In this document: in pieces, positions 47,211 to 57,131 of the stretch
How positions within the stretch are numbered: the stretch's first letter is position 1
How the letters are laid out: each line of letters starts with the position of its first letter
Assembly (NCBI GenBank): GCA_965199855.1
Contig: OZ241326.1
Location: forward strand, 1,664,001 to 1,728,000
Source of the DNA: a bacterium
GTDB lineage: Bacteria > UBA8248
Reading direction: 5' to 3'
Length of the DNA stretch: 64,000 nt
Translations under genes and position numbers: made by a program
Notes under the pieces: generated by a model
What the model saw: only the letters and a program-made list of their open reading frames with translations
What the model was told of the DNA's origin: nothing
Database searches by the model: none

Positions 47211-48758
47211 ATGAAGAAGGCCCTGCTGTGCGGATTCTGTCTGCTGGCTCTCGCCCTCGCCGCCTGCGGCCGCGAAGCGGGGGAGAAGCCGCTTACGGTT
47301 CTCCTCTCGGTGGAGGCGAACACGCTCGACCCCCATTTCGCCACCTCCACCATCGAGTGGTGCGTCCTGATGAACCTGTTCGACCCGCTCATCCACCGGC
47401 GCGACGACATGACGCTCGAACCGGCGCTCGCCGAGCGCTGGGAGGTGGACGAGACCAGGAAAGTCTGGACGTTTCACCTCCGCAAGGGGGTGAAGTTTCA
47501 CAACGGCGAGCCGTTCGACGCCGAATCCGTGCGATACACTTTCGAGCGGATGCGCGATGAGAGGCTCAGGCCCCGCATCACGGCGGCGCGAAGGATTTTC
47601 CTGGACAGGGTGGAGAAGGCGGACGCCCACACCGTGAGGATTCACACGAAGCGTCCGGTGGCGAACCTGCCGGTGTGGATGGTGAACGCCTTCATGCTGC
47701 CGCCGAAATACTATTCGTCCACGCCTCCGAAGGAGCTGCTGAGAAAGCCCGTGGGCACCGGCCCCTACAGGCTGGTGAAGTGGATCAAGGACGACCGGAT
47801 CGAGATGGAGGCCAACGGCGCCTGGTGGCGGGGCGGGCCGAAGATCGGGCGCGCGGTGTGGCGGCCGGTGCCCGAGGCCTCCGCGCGGATAGCGGAGCTG
47901 GAAACGGGCGGAGCCGACATCATCATGAACATCTCGCCCGATCAGGCGAAAACCATAAAGGCGAGCGCGGACGGCCTTCAGTTCATGGGGGTGCAGGGGG
48001 GGCGGCGGGTGTATATCGGGATTCGCGCCGACCACGGCGCGCTGGGCGATGAGCGCGTTCGCCGGGCGCTGAACTACGCGGTCGATTTCGACGCCATCGC
48101 CAAAAGCGTTCTCCTGGGGCACGGCTCCCGGATGGGCAGCGTCGTGAACGCCCCGAACAGCGCCCCGGACGTGAAGGCGTATCCCCACGATCCCGAAAAG
48201 GCCAGGGCGCTTCTCGCCGAGGCCGGCCTGGAGGATTCGGACGGAGACGGCGTTCTGGAGACGAACGGAGAGCCCTTCGAGCTCAGGCTCGACGTGCCCG
48301 CCGCCAGGTATCTCAAGGGCAAGGAGATAGCCGAATCCGTGGCGGCGAATTTCCGCGCCGTGGGCGTCAAAGTGGAGGTCATTCCCCTGGAATGGTCGGT
48401 TTTTCTCGCCAAGAGAAGAAAGAAGACGCTCGCGCCCCTGTATTTTCACGGGTTCAGCTCCGCCTTCAACGAGGAGCTCGACCTGGGCGCGCTGCGCCCC
48501 GACCTGTTCGCCAACCTCACCGCCTGGCGGAGCGAGGCGTTCATCAGGAACTACGAAAAACTCGGCCAGACGTTCGACCCCGCAGAGCGCAGGCGAATCA
48601 GCTACGCCATGCAGCGCATCGCGCGGGAGGCCAGCCCCTGGGTGTTTCTCTGGAGCCAGTATGATTTTTTCGGCGTCAGCGCGAGAGCCGCGTGGACGCC
48701 GAGGCCGGACGAGAGAATCTATCTGCCCTCCGTCCGTTTGAGGGAAGCGAAGGAATAA
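47211..48758 (+). CDS. family 5 ABC substrate-binding lipoprotein (DppA/OppA-like)
   Basis: LALAAC lipobox, TLDPH, LAERWEV, LRKGVKFHNGEPF, GTGPY, VRRALNYAVD. Confidence 0.93.
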   Translation: MKKALLCGFCLLALALAACGREAGEKPLTVLLSVEANTLDPHFATSTIEWCVLMNLFDPLIHRRDDMTLEPALAERWEVDETRKVWTFHLRKGVKFHNGEPFDAESVRYTFERMRDERLRPRITAARRIFLDRVEKADAHTVRIHTKRPVANLPVWMVNAFMLPPKYYSSTPPKELLRKPVGTGPYRLVKWIKDDRIEMEANGAWWRGGPKIGRAVWRPVPEASARIAELETGGADIIMNISPDQAKTIKASADGLQFMGVQGGRRVYIGIRADHGALGDERVRRALNYAVDFDAIAKSVLLGHGSRMGSVVNAPNSAPDVKAYPHDPEKARALLAEAGLEDSDGDGVLETNGEPFELRLDVPAARYLKGKEIAESVAANFRAVGVKVEVIPLEWSVFLAKRRKKTLAPLYFHGFSSAFNEELDLGALRPDLFANLTAWRSEAFIRNYEKLGQTFDPAERRRISYAMQRIAREASPWVFLWSQYDFFGVSARAAWTPRPDERIYLPSVRLREAKE

Positions 48759-48838
48759 TAAAGGGCGCGCGGGGGCGGGACGTCTCCGTTCGGGGCGGCG
48801 CGCCCGCGCTTCGGGCGGGATGAAGCCGGAGGGCGAGG

Positions 48839-49756
48839 ATGGGCGCCTATCTTTTCAGAAGGCTCGTCAGAGCCGTCGTGGTCGTGGCCGGCGTCAGCTT
48901 CATTTCGTTCGCCGTCCTGTTCCTCTCGGGCGATCCGACGGACACGATGGTGGGCGAGGACTGGACGGTCGAGGAGGTCGGGAATCTCCGCCGGGAGATG
49001 GGCCTGGACAAGCCCTGGTTCGCGCAATATGGGCTGTACGTGAGCCGGGCCGTTCGCGGCGATTTTGGAGAAAGCCTGCGCTACCGCCAGCCCGCGTTCG
49101 AGCTCATCATGGAGCGCCTGCCGGCGACCCTGGAGCTCGCCTTCACGGCGCTCATTCTATCCATCGTCCTGGCGTTTCCCGTGGGGGTCGTGAGCGCGGC
49201 GCGGCGCGGCTCGCCCTACGATCACGGGGGAATGCTCTTCGCGCTCCTGGGCCAGTCCGTCCCCGTTTTCTGGCTCGGCCTGATGCTGATCCTCATCTTC
49301 GGGGTGCATCTGCGGTGGCTGCCGATCAGCGGAAGGAGCGGGTGGGAGCATCTGCTTCTGCCCGCCGCCGCGCTCGCCACCTATTCGATCGCCCGAAACG
49401 CGCGGGTGGTGCGGAGCGCCATGCTGGAGGTTCTGCGGCACGAATACGTGAAGACCGCCCGGGCGAAGGGATTGCCCGAATGGGTCGTCATCAACCTGCA
49501 CGCGCTCAGAAATTCCCTGATTCCGGTGATCACGATCATCGGCCTCGAGTTCGGGCACCTGCTGGGCGGGGCGGTGATCGTCGAGACGATATTCGCCTGG
49601 CCGGGCGTGGGCAGGCTCATGATCCAGGCCGTCTATGCGAAGGATTTCCCCCTCGTGCAGGCTTCGGTGACCATCACCGCGCTGATGTTCGTCTCCCTGA
49701 ACCTCATCGTTGACCTGATGTATTCCGTCCTCGATCCGAGGGTCAGACTGCATTGA
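48839..49756 (+). CDS. peptide/nickel ABC transporter permease (DppB/OppB-like)
   Basis: GLDKP, GDFGES, RLPATLEL, YVKTARAKGL, HALRN, ETIFAWPGVG, LDPRVR. Confidence 0.93.
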   Translation: MGAYLFRRLVRAVVVVAGVSFISFAVLFLSGDPTDTMVGEDWTVEEVGNLRREMGLDKPWFAQYGLYVSRAVRGDFGESLRYRQPAFELIMERLPATLELAFTALILSIVLAFPVGVVSAARRGSPYDHGGMLFALLGQSVPVFWLGLMLILIFGVHLRWLPISGRSGWEHLLLPAAALATYSIARNARVVRSAMLEVLRHEYVKTARAKGLPEWVVINLHALRNSLIPVITIIGLEFGHLLGGAVIVETIFAWPGVGRLMIQAVYAKDFPLVQASVTITALMFVSLNLIVDLMYSVLDPRVRLH

Positions 49757-50691
49757 GCGACATCGCGTATTTCTGGACGCCGGAATCCCTCCTGCACGAC
49801 AACGGCCGCCACGTGGAGAGCGTCGAGCGCGCCAGGCGCCTTGCGCCCGACAGGATCGCTCCGCAGGTTCCCTCGCTGAAGAATATGGCGGCCGCGCCCC
49901 ACGACGCCTCCGCGTGGGTGCTGAGGGTGCATGAGGAGGCGCACCACCGGTTCGTGCGCGAATCGTGCGCGAGGGGCCGCTGCGTTCTGGATCAGGGGGA
50001 CACCCGCGCCGGCCCCGGAAGCTACGAGGCCGCGCTCGCCGCCGTGGACGCGGCCCTCAGCGCGGCGGACGCCGTGATGACCGGACAGGCCGACGGCGCC
50101 TTTTGCGCCGCGAGGCCGCCGGGCCACCACGCTCTGCCCCATCAGTCGATGGGCTTCTGCCTGTTCGCCACCGTCTCCATTCTGGCGCGGTATCTGCAGG
50201 AGGAGCACGGCCTGCGAAGAATCGCCGTGGTCGATTGGGACGTGCACCACGGCAACGGCACCCAGCGCGTCTTCTGGCGCGACCCGGACGTGCTCTTCGT
50301 CTCCCTGCATCAGCATCCGCACTATCCGGGGACGGGCCTCGCCGGTGAAGCGGGAGAAGGGGCGGGCGCGGGCAAGACGCTGAACGTTCCCCTCGGGGCG
50401 GGGACGCCGGAGGCGGAATATCTGGCGAAATTCCGGGAGCTCGCGCTCCCCGCCGTCGAGGCGCACGCGCCGGAGGCGATCCTCATCTCGGCGGGCTTCG
50501 ACGCGCATCGCGATGATCCGCTCGGGGGTCTGACGCTGAGCGAGGCGGGATTCGCCGAATTGACCCGATGCGTCAGGGCGCTCTCGGAGGAGGTTTGCGA
50601 AGGGCGCGTCGTCAGCCTGCTCGAGGGCGGGTATGATCTCGACGCCCTGGAGCGCTCCGTCGTATCCCACCTGCGGGCGCTGTCCGCCTGA
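49753..50691 (+). CDS. histone deacetylase family amidohydrolase (AcuC/AphA-like)
   Basis: RPPGHHA, GFCLF, DWDVHHGNGTQ, SAGFDAH..DPLG, LEGGY; TTG start overlaps the dppB stop. Confidence 0.92.
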   Translation: MSDIAYFWTPESLLHDNGRHVESVERARRLAPDRIAPQVPSLKNMAAAPHDASAWVLRVHEEAHHRFVRESCARGRCVLDQGDTRAGPGSYEAALAAVDAALSAADAVMTGQADGAFCAARPPGHHALPHQSMGFCLFATVSILARYLQEEHGLRRIAVVDWDVHHGNGTQRVFWRDPDVLFVSLHQHPHYPGTGLAGEAGEGAGAGKTLNVPLGAGTPEAEYLAKFRELALPAVEAHAPEAILISAGFDAHRDDPLGGLTLSEAGFAELTRCVRALSEEVCEGRVVSLLEGGYDLDALERSVVSHLRALSA

Positions 50692-50729
50692 TGAGATCTT
50701 GCGGGGTTTTCCGGTGAAATTTCCGGATA

Positions 50730-50751
50730 TTTAGTTGTCTGACTAACTAAA
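50730..50751. promoter_or_regulatory. putative TetR operator (imperfect palindrome)
   Basis: TTTAGTT-GTCTGACT-AACTAAA in an AT-rich patch about 75 nt upstream of the TetR gene. Confidence 0.6.
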
Positions 50752-50824
50752 AAGGTTTAATGTACTCACCTGTCCGGCTTCCGGCCGGCTTCGGGGAGCG
50801 AATGACGCGCGACGGGCGGAGACG

Positions 50825-51457
50825 ATGGAAGCGGCCGCGGCGGTTCCAAAAGAAACGAGAATGTCCGGAACGAGACGCAGGATCGTGGAGGCGGCCGCAA
50901 GGCTCGTCTATTACAAGGGTTTTCACGCCACCTCCCTGGACATGGTGGCGCGGGCCGCCCGCGTGAACCGGGGAAGTCTGTATTATTTCTTTCGCTCGAA
51001 GAAGAACCTGGGGCTGGCCGTCATCGATCACTATGAGTCCATGCTCCATGAGAGCTATCTTTCCCCCGCGCTCGGCGGAGCGGCGAAGGGGAGCGAGAAA
51101 ATGCGGCGTCTGGCGGAGCGCTACGCCCGGATGCCGGCCCAGGATTCTCCGTGCTGCGGATGCCCCATCGGGAACCTCTCGCTCGAGCTCAGCGGCCTGG
51201 ACGAGGAGATGCGCGTCCGCCTGAAAGCCGTCTGGGAGGGGGTTTTCGGGAAAATCGCCCTCGTTCTGGAGCAGTCGCGGGAGGAAGGGGAGCTTCCGGG
51301 AGATATCGACCCGCTCCTGTGCGCGCGCTCTTTCTTCTCGCAGATACAGGGGGCGCACATCATCGCGAGATGCTCCCGGGACGAGTCTTCCCTGCGCGCC
51401 GACTGCGGGCGCGCCGTCGCGAGCCTGCCCTGGGCGAAGAGGGGAGAGGGGAAATGA
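50825..51457 (+). CDS. TetR/AcrR family regulator (NemR/LmrA-like)
   Basis: KGFHATSLDMVA...GSLYYFFRSK HTH; C-terminal CCGCPIGNLSLE. Confidence 0.9.
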   Translation: MEAAAAVPKETRMSGTRRRIVEAAARLVYYKGFHATSLDMVARAARVNRGSLYYFFRSKKNLGLAVIDHYESMLHESYLSPALGGAAKGSEKMRRLAERYARMPAQDSPCCGCPIGNLSLELSGLDEEMRVRLKAVWEGVFGKIALVLEQSREEGELPGDIDPLLCARSFFSQIQGAHIIARCSRDESSLRADCGRAVASLPWAKRGEGK

Positions 51458-52605
51458 ACGCGGAAGGGCGCGGGTTTCGACGCGGAAGCCCCCCCGGTTC
51501 GAGAGGGAGAGGCTGGCTCGTCTGGGCCGCTTTTCTGGCGGGGGCGGGGCTGGTCTGGCTGTTCACGGAGGGCTATTTCCAGAGGGTTCAGGATCCGGAC
51601 GCCGCGCCCCGCCCGGTCACGCCGCGCGGCGATCTGGCGGCCGAGGAGCAATCCAACATCGAGCTCTTTCGCGCCGCCTCCCCCTCGGTGGTCTATATCA
51701 CGAGGCTGGCGATGCGGCGGCGCGGGATGTTCAGCCTCAACCTGTTCGAGATTCCGCAGGGCACGGGCACGGGCTTCGTCTGGAACGACCGGGGCCACGT
51801 CATCACGAATCTGCACGTCATTCAGCGCGCGAGCGCCCTGCGCGTCACCCTGGCGGACGGCTCGGAGTGGGAGGCGCGCGTCGTGGGCGCGGCGCCGGAT
51901 CATGACCTGGCGGTTCTCTTCATCAACGCGCCGAAAAGACGCCTCAAGCCGATCTCCGTCGGCCGCTCCGCCAGCCTCCAGGTGGGCCAGAGGGTGTTCG
52001 CCATCGGCAATCCCTTCGGGCTGGATCAGACGCTCACGACGGGCATCATCAGCGCCCTGGGACGCGAGATCGACAGCGCCTCCGGCCGCAAGATCAGCGG
52101 CGTCATCCAGACGGACGCCGCCATCAATCCGGGCAATTCCGGGGGGCCGCTGCTGGACAGCGCCGCGCGCCTCATAGGCGTCAACACCGCCATTTTCAGC
52201 CCCTCGGGCTCCAGCGCGGGCATCGGCTTCGCCGTTCCCGTGGACACCGTGAACAGGGTCGTTCCCCAGCTGATTCGCCACGGCCGCGTCACGCGGCCGG
52301 GCCTCGGCGTCCACGTGGCCGATCGGGGAACGGCGGCGCGCTTCGGGGCGCGGGGGGTGCTGATCCTCCGCGTGCAGAAGGGCAGCGCCGCCGAGGCGGC
52401 GGGGCTGCGCGGCACGAGGAGAGGCGCGGGGGGGCGGCTTCTGCTCGGCGACGTCATCGTGGGCGTGGGGGCCGCGTCCGTCGCCTCGCCCGATGAGCTG
52501 CTGAACGCGCTCGACGCGCGCAAGGTGGGAGACGTCGTGGAGGTGCGCTTCACGCGCGGCGGAAAACAGATGAGCGTGAGCGTGAAGCTTCAGGCGCTCG
52601 GCTAG
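51454..52605 (+). CDS. HtrA/DegS-like S1C serine protease with one PDZ domain
   Basis: GTGFV, ITNLHV (His), DLAVL (Asp), QTDAAINPGNSGGPL (Ser), PDZ; ATG 51454 overlaps the TetR stop. Confidence 0.93.
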   Translation: MNAEGRGFRRGSPPGSRGRGWLVWAAFLAGAGLVWLFTEGYFQRVQDPDAAPRPVTPRGDLAAEEQSNIELFRAASPSVVYITRLAMRRRGMFSLNLFEIPQGTGTGFVWNDRGHVITNLHVIQRASALRVTLADGSEWEARVVGAAPDHDLAVLFINAPKRRLKPISVGRSASLQVGQRVFAIGNPFGLDQTLTTGIISALGREIDSASGRKISGVIQTDAAINPGNSGGPLLDSAARLIGVNTAIFSPSGSSAGIGFAVPVDTVNRVVPQLIRHGRVTRPGLGVHVADRGTAARFGARGVLILRVQKGSAAEAAGLRGTRRGAGGRLLLGDVIVGVGAASVASPDELLNALDARKVGDVVEVRFTRGGKQMSVSVKLQALG

Positions 52606-52620
52606 GAAGGAGGGTTCGCC

Positions 52621-55035
52621 GTGTCCGTTCATTCGATTCCCGAGAGTCTGGAAATTCCGGTCGAGGGCATGTCGTGCGCGGCGTGCTCCGCCAGACTGGA
52701 GAAGCGGCTGGGCGCGCTGGAGGGCGTTCTGCGCGCCCGCGTGAGCCTGGCCTCGGCGCGCGCGCGCGTCGAGTTCGTCCCCGCCCGGGTGTCGCCCGCC
52801 GATATCGCCGAAAGGGTGGAGAAGACGGGCTTCCGCGTTCCGAATGCGAGCTTGGGCCTCGCCATCGAGGGCATGAGCTGCGCCGCGTGCGCCGCCCGCG
52901 TGGAAAAGCGGCTGAACGATCTCGCGGGCGTCGTCGCCGCGAGCGTGAATTTCTCGGCGGGCCGGGGCCGGGTCGAGTTCCGGCCGGGGATCGCCTCGGC
53001 CGGGCGCATTCTCGAATGCGTGGCGCGGACGGGATATTCCGCCCGCGCCCTGGCGGACGGGGAGCGGGACGCGGAGCAGTCCGAGCGCGCGCGGCGGCTG
53101 AGGAGAAGCGCGCGCCTGCTCGCCGCCTCCGCGGTTTTGTCCGCGCCCTTCCTGGCGGGGATGCTCGCCATGCTCATCGACGCGCCGGGCTGGGAGCTTC
53201 CCCGATGGTGGCAATTCGCGCTCGCCACGCCCGTGCAGTTCGTCGCGGGCTGGCGGTTCTATCGGGGGGCGTATCATTCGCTTCGGGGCGGCGGCGCGAA
53301 CATGGACGTTCTCGTCGCTCTGGGCACGAGCGCGGCCTGGCTGCACAGCAGCGTCGTGACCCTGGGGGGGCTGAGCGCGCATCACGTGTATTTCGAGGCG
53401 TCCGCGATGCTGATCACGCTCATCCTGCTCGGGAAAACCCTCGAGGAGCGCGCGATGGGCAGGACGTCCGAGGCGATCAGGAAACTGATGGACCTTCGGC
53501 CGAGGACGGCGCGCGTCCTGCGCGGCGGAGAGGAGCGCGAGGTCCCCGTGGACGAGGTGCGGGTGGGCGATATCGTCATGGTGCGGCCGGGGGAGAAATA
53601 CCCCGTGGACGGAATCATCGTGGAGGGCGCCACCTCCGTGGATGAGTCCATGCTGACGGGCGAGAGCGTTCCCGTGGAAAAGGGCGTGGGGGACGCCGTC
53701 GCCGGTGCCTCCATCAACATCGACGGGGCGGTGCGGTTCGAGGCCGCGAAGGTGGGAGCGGAAACCCTGCTCGCGCGGATCATCTGGATGGTGGAGCGGG
53801 CGCAGATCTCCCGGGCGCCGATTCAGCGCGCGGCGGATCGGGTTTCGGGCGTGTTCGTTCCCTGCGCGCTGGGAATCGCCGCGCTCACGTTCGCCGTCTG
53901 GTACGCGCTGGGGGAGTTCGCCCCCGCGCTGATAAACGCCGCCGCCGTTCTGGTCATCGCCTGTCCGTGCGCCCTGGGGCTGGCGACGCCCACGGCCATC
54001 ATGGTGGGCGCGGGGAAGGGCGCCGAGACGGGCATCCTCATCAAGGGCGGCGAGTCTCTGGAGACGGCCCACAAAATAGACGCCCTCATCATGGACAAGA
54101 CGGGGACGCTGACCACCGGAAAGCCCGTCGTGACGGACGTCCTGCCGTTTGGCGATCTGCGGGAGGAGGAGCTGCTCCGGCTGGCGGCGAGCGCGGAGCG
54201 CGGCTCGGAGCATCCCCTGGGCAGGGCGCTGGTGGAGGAGAGCGAGGCGCGCGGGACGGCGCCGCTCGACATGAGCGATTTCCGCGCCCTCCCGGGGCGC
54301 GGCGTCGAGGCGAGAGTGGCGGGGCGGAAAATCTGTCTCGGCAACGAGAAACTCATGGCGGAGCGCGGCGTGGACGCGGGTCGCCACGCCGCCGCCGTTC
54401 GGCGTCTCGAAGCCGAGGGCAAAACCGTGGCGCTCCTCGCCGACGAGGGGGGGGCGGCGCTGGGCGCCCTTGCGGTCGCCGACTCCCTGAAGGAGGGCGC
54501 GGCGGAGGCCGTTTCGTCCCTCCGGGGTCTGGGGATGGAAATTTACATGATGACCGGGGACAACGAGCGAACGGCGCGCGCCGCCGCGGCGCGGGCGGGC
54601 ATCTCCCGCGTGATGGCGGACGTGATGCCGGACCAAAAAGCGGCCATGGTGGAGCGGCTCAGGCGGGATGGCGCGAAGGTGGGCATGGTGGGCGACGGCA
54701 TCAACGACGCCCCGGCGCTCGCCGCCGCCGACGTGGGGTTCGCCGTCGGCGGCGGGACGGACATCGCCATGGAAGCGGCCGACGTCACGCTGATTCAGGG
54801 CGATCTGGCGGGCGTCCCGGCCGCCATTCAGCTTTCGAGAGCCACGATGCGGAAAATCCGCCAGAACCTTTTCTGGGCGTTTTTCTACAACGTTCTCGGC
54901 ATCCCCCTGGCGGCGCTGGGATTTCTGAACCCCGTCTTCGCCGGCGCGGCCATGGCGTTCAGTTCGGTGTCCGTCGTGTCGAACGCCCTCCTGCTGCGAA
55001 GATGGAAGCCGGACCGCCCGGGGAGCGCGGATTAG
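52621..55035 (+). CDS. copA: Cu(I)-translocating P1B-1 ATPase
   Basis: Two GMSCAAC HMA domains, [35 protein letters not shown] and MAFSS transmembrane motifs. Confidence 0.93.
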   Translation: MSVHSIPESLEIPVEGMSCAACSARLEKRLGALEGVLRARVSLASARARVEFVPARVSPADIAERVEKTGFRVPNASLGLAIEGMSCAACAARVEKRLNDLAGVVAASVNFSAGRGRVEFRPGIASAGRILECVARTGYSARALADGERDAEQSERARRLRRSARLLAASAVLSAPFLAGMLAMLIDAPGWELPRWWQFALATPVQFVAGWRFYRGAYHSLRGGGANMDVLVALGTSAAWLHSSVVTLGGLSAHHVYFEASAMLITLILLGKTLEERAMGRTSEAIRKLMDLRPRTARVLRGGEEREVPVDEVRVGDIVMVRPGEKYPVDGIIVEGATSVDESMLTGESVPVEKGVGDAVAGASINIDGAVRFEAAKVGAETLLARIIWMVERAQISRAPIQRAADRVSGVFVPCALGIAALTFAVWYALGEFAPALINAAAVLVIACPCALGLATPTAIMVGAGKGAETGILIKGGESLETAHKIDALIMDKTGTLTTGKPVVTDVLPFGDLREEELLRLAASAERGSEHPLGRALVEESEARGTAPLDMSDFRALPGRGVEARVAGRKICLGNEKLMAERGVDAGRHAAAVRRLEAEGKTVALLADEGGAALGALAVADSLKEGAAEAVSSLRGLGMEIYMMTGDNERTARAAAARAGISRVMADVMPDQKAAMVERLRRDGAKVGMVGDGINDAPALAAADVGFAVGGGTDIAMEAADVTLIQGDLAGVPAAIQLSRATMRKIRQNLFWAFFYNVLGIPLAALGFLNPVFAGAAMAFSSVSVVSNALLLRRWKPDRPGSAD

Positions 55036-55097
55036 ATTTTCGGGGAGCCTTCTCGCCCTGCGCGCCGCGATTGAGGACGCCTCTTTGACCGGCGCGC

Positions 55098-55166
55098 GTC
55101 ATTCCGGCGAAAGCCGGAATCCGGTGTTTTCCGTGAGTTGCGGATTGTCGCCTTCGCCGCAATGAC
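55098..55166. repeat. inverted pair of GTCATTCC-type REP elements (REPIN-like)
   Basis: GTCATTCCGGCGAAAGCCGGAATCC (55098-55122) and a degenerate reverse copy GGATTGTCGCCTTCGCCGCAATGAC (55142-55166). Confidence 0.65.
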
Positions 55167-55313
55167 GGCGAAAACGACGGGGAGGTCTCTCGCTTTTAAT
55201 ATATTCAATAACAATACGTTGGATTTGGTTGTCTGATGTATTTTCTCTGAAAATTCCGGAAATTCGCTCCCCCTTCCGTGAAGCGCGAAATACGCCGTCG
55301 CCTTCCGACGAGC

Positions 55314-55937
55314 CTACCTCGGCTGTCCGTCCTCGAAACTCCTTTCCAGAAACTCGCCGAGCGCGCACTGCCAGAAGCCGTTGAGGCGGCCGATGGGCGC
55401 GAGCTTTTTCATGTCGATGTACGCGCCCGTCATCACCTCCGGGCTGACGTGGAAATAGACGACCTCCCCAATGAGCAGGGGGTGCCTGTTCGACCCCAGC
55501 TCGAATACCTTGTGGGTCTCGCACTCGAAATGAATGGGCGCGTCCTTGACGCGGGGCGCCTTCACCTTCCTGGCGGGGGCGGGCGTGAGGCCGGTGGCCT
55601 CGAATTCGCTCTCTTCGGCGGGAATGCCGTTCGCCGTGTCCACCATCTGCTTCCAGTGCCGCTCGGTGACCACGTTGAAGCAGAACTCTCCGGTCTCCTC
55701 CGCGTTGATGAGGGTGTGCTTTTTCGTTCCGTCGGGGTTTCGCGCCACGGTGAGGGAGATCATCGGCGGCGCCACGCACACGCAGGTGAAGAAGCTGAAG
55801 GGCGCGATGTTGTGAATCCCGTCCCTGCTGATGGAGGACGCCCAGCCGATGGGGCGCGGAACGATGGAGCCGGTGAGCAGGCGATAGATCTCGCGCCGCT
55901 CCAGTTCGTCGGGGTCGAATTCCAGGTAATCGCTCAT
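55314..55937 (-). CDS. flavin reductase-like family protein
   Basis: IVPRPIGWASS, NIAPFSFF, KHTLINAEETGEFCFNVV, PRVKDAPIHFEC, PIGRL. Confidence 0.9.
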   Translation of the reverse strand: MSDYLEFDPDELERREIYRLLTGSIVPRPIGWASSISRDGIHNIAPFSFFTCVCVAPPMISLTVARNPDGTKKHTLINAEETGEFCFNVVTERHWKQMVDTANGIPAEESEFEATGLTPAPARKVKAPRVKDAPIHFECETHKVFELGSNRHPLLIGEVVYFHVSPEVMTGAYIDMKKLAPIGRLNGFWQCALGEFLERSFEDGQPR

Positions 55938-55983
55938 CGGGAACCTCAAAGGCTGTGGGGGCGTCGGCGTCCTCTCGCGGCGG

Positions 55984-56751
55984 CTACGCCATGAAGCGGC
56001 CCGCGTTCACGGCGATGGTCTGGCCCGTGAGGTAGGCCGATTCGGGCGACGCCAGCATGAGCACCCAGCCCACGACGTCCTCCACCTCGGCGACGCGGCC
56101 GAGGAGCGTGCCCTTGCCGATCATCTCGCGCTGCTCCTCGGAGCGAACCGCGACGACGCGCTCGGTCAGGGTGGTTCCCGGCGCGATGGCGTTGACGCGG
56201 ACGTTGAACTTTCCCAGGTCGTAGGCGAGCACGCGGGTGAGGGCGTGGACGCCCGCCTTGGCCGCCGCGTAGGGCGGGGAGGAGGGCTGGAGGGTGGTGA
56301 GTCCCGACATGGAGCCCAGGCTGATCACGCAGCCGCCGTTCTGCTTCTCGAAGACGGGCGTCAGGTATTTCGAGGTGAGAAAAACGCTTTTGAGATTCCT
56401 GTCCACCACCGCGTCCCATTCCTCCTCCGGGGTGTCGCCCATCGAGAGCTGCTGATGGAAGCCGCCCGCGCAGTTGACGAAAATGTCGATGCGGCCTCCC
56501 TCGCCCGCCGCCCGCTCTATCATTCGCCTGACGGCCGCCGAATCGGTGAGGTCGCAGGCGATGAAGGCGGCGTCGCCCCCCCTGCCGCGAATGCCGGCGG
56601 CCGCGGCCTCTCCCGGCTCCCTGTCGATGTCCACGAGATAGGCCTTGGCGCCCGCCTCGGCGAACGCCTCCGCGGAGGCCTTGCCGATGCCGCGCGACGC
56701 GCCGGTGACGACGGCGACCTGCCCTGAAAAATCAAATCTCGTCTTGCCCAT
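55984..56751 (-). CDS. short-chain dehydrogenase/reductase
   Basis: VTGASRGIG, VNCAG, YAAAK catalytic motif, VNAIAPG, YLTGQ; start at MGKTR (ATG 56751). Confidence 0.92.
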   Translation of the reverse strand: MGKTRFDFSGQVAVVTGASRGIGKASAEAFAEAGAKAYLVDIDREPGEAAAAGIRGRGGDAAFIACDLTDSAAVRRMIERAAGEGGRIDIFVNCAGGFHQQLSMGDTPEEEWDAVVDRNLKSVFLTSKYLTPVFEKQNGGCVISLGSMSGLTTLQPSSPPYAAAKAGVHALTRVLAYDLGKFNVRVNAIAPGTTLTERVVAVRSEEQREMIGKGTLLGRVAEVEDVVGWVLMLASPESAYLTGQTIAVNAGRFMA

Positions 56752-56972
56752 GAAGCCCCCTCCCCGGAGGATGATGCGCCTTGACCGGCTTTCGGAATGG
56801 AAGCGCGCGCCTCGCAAGCTCCGCTCCCGCCGGGCCGCGCGGCAGGCGCCCGGAGCGATGCGCAGTTCTGCACGGGGGGCGGCCTTTTGGCAAGCGCGCC
56901 GGCGTTTTGCGGGCGGCGGACGCCCCTCGTCCCGCGAAATGAGGACAAGGCGGCCGGCCCGGCGGGCGGGGT

Positions 56973-57131
56973 TCAGCCGCCTCCCTTGATGAGGCGCGCG
57001 ATCGTGTCGATGATGCCGTTGTCGAAAAGCGTCCACGCCGTAACCACCACGACGAGCGCGAGGACGCCCAGCAGCAGATACTCGAGCAGGCCGTGTCCGG
57101 CGGCGGGCTTGCGGGTGGGGTTTTTCGCCAT
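56973..57131 (-). CDS. Flp/Fap-type (type IVc) prepilin-like protein, 52 aa
   Basis: Manual translation MAKNPTRKPAAG|HGLLEYLLLGVLALVVVVTAWTLFDNGIIDTIARLIKGGG: basic leader, G|xxxxEY Flp motif and a hydrophobic helix. Below the ORF-track size cutoff. Confidence 0.65.
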   Translation of the reverse strand: MAKNPTRKPAAGHGLLEYLLLGVLALVVVVTAWTLFDNGIIDTIARLIKGGG

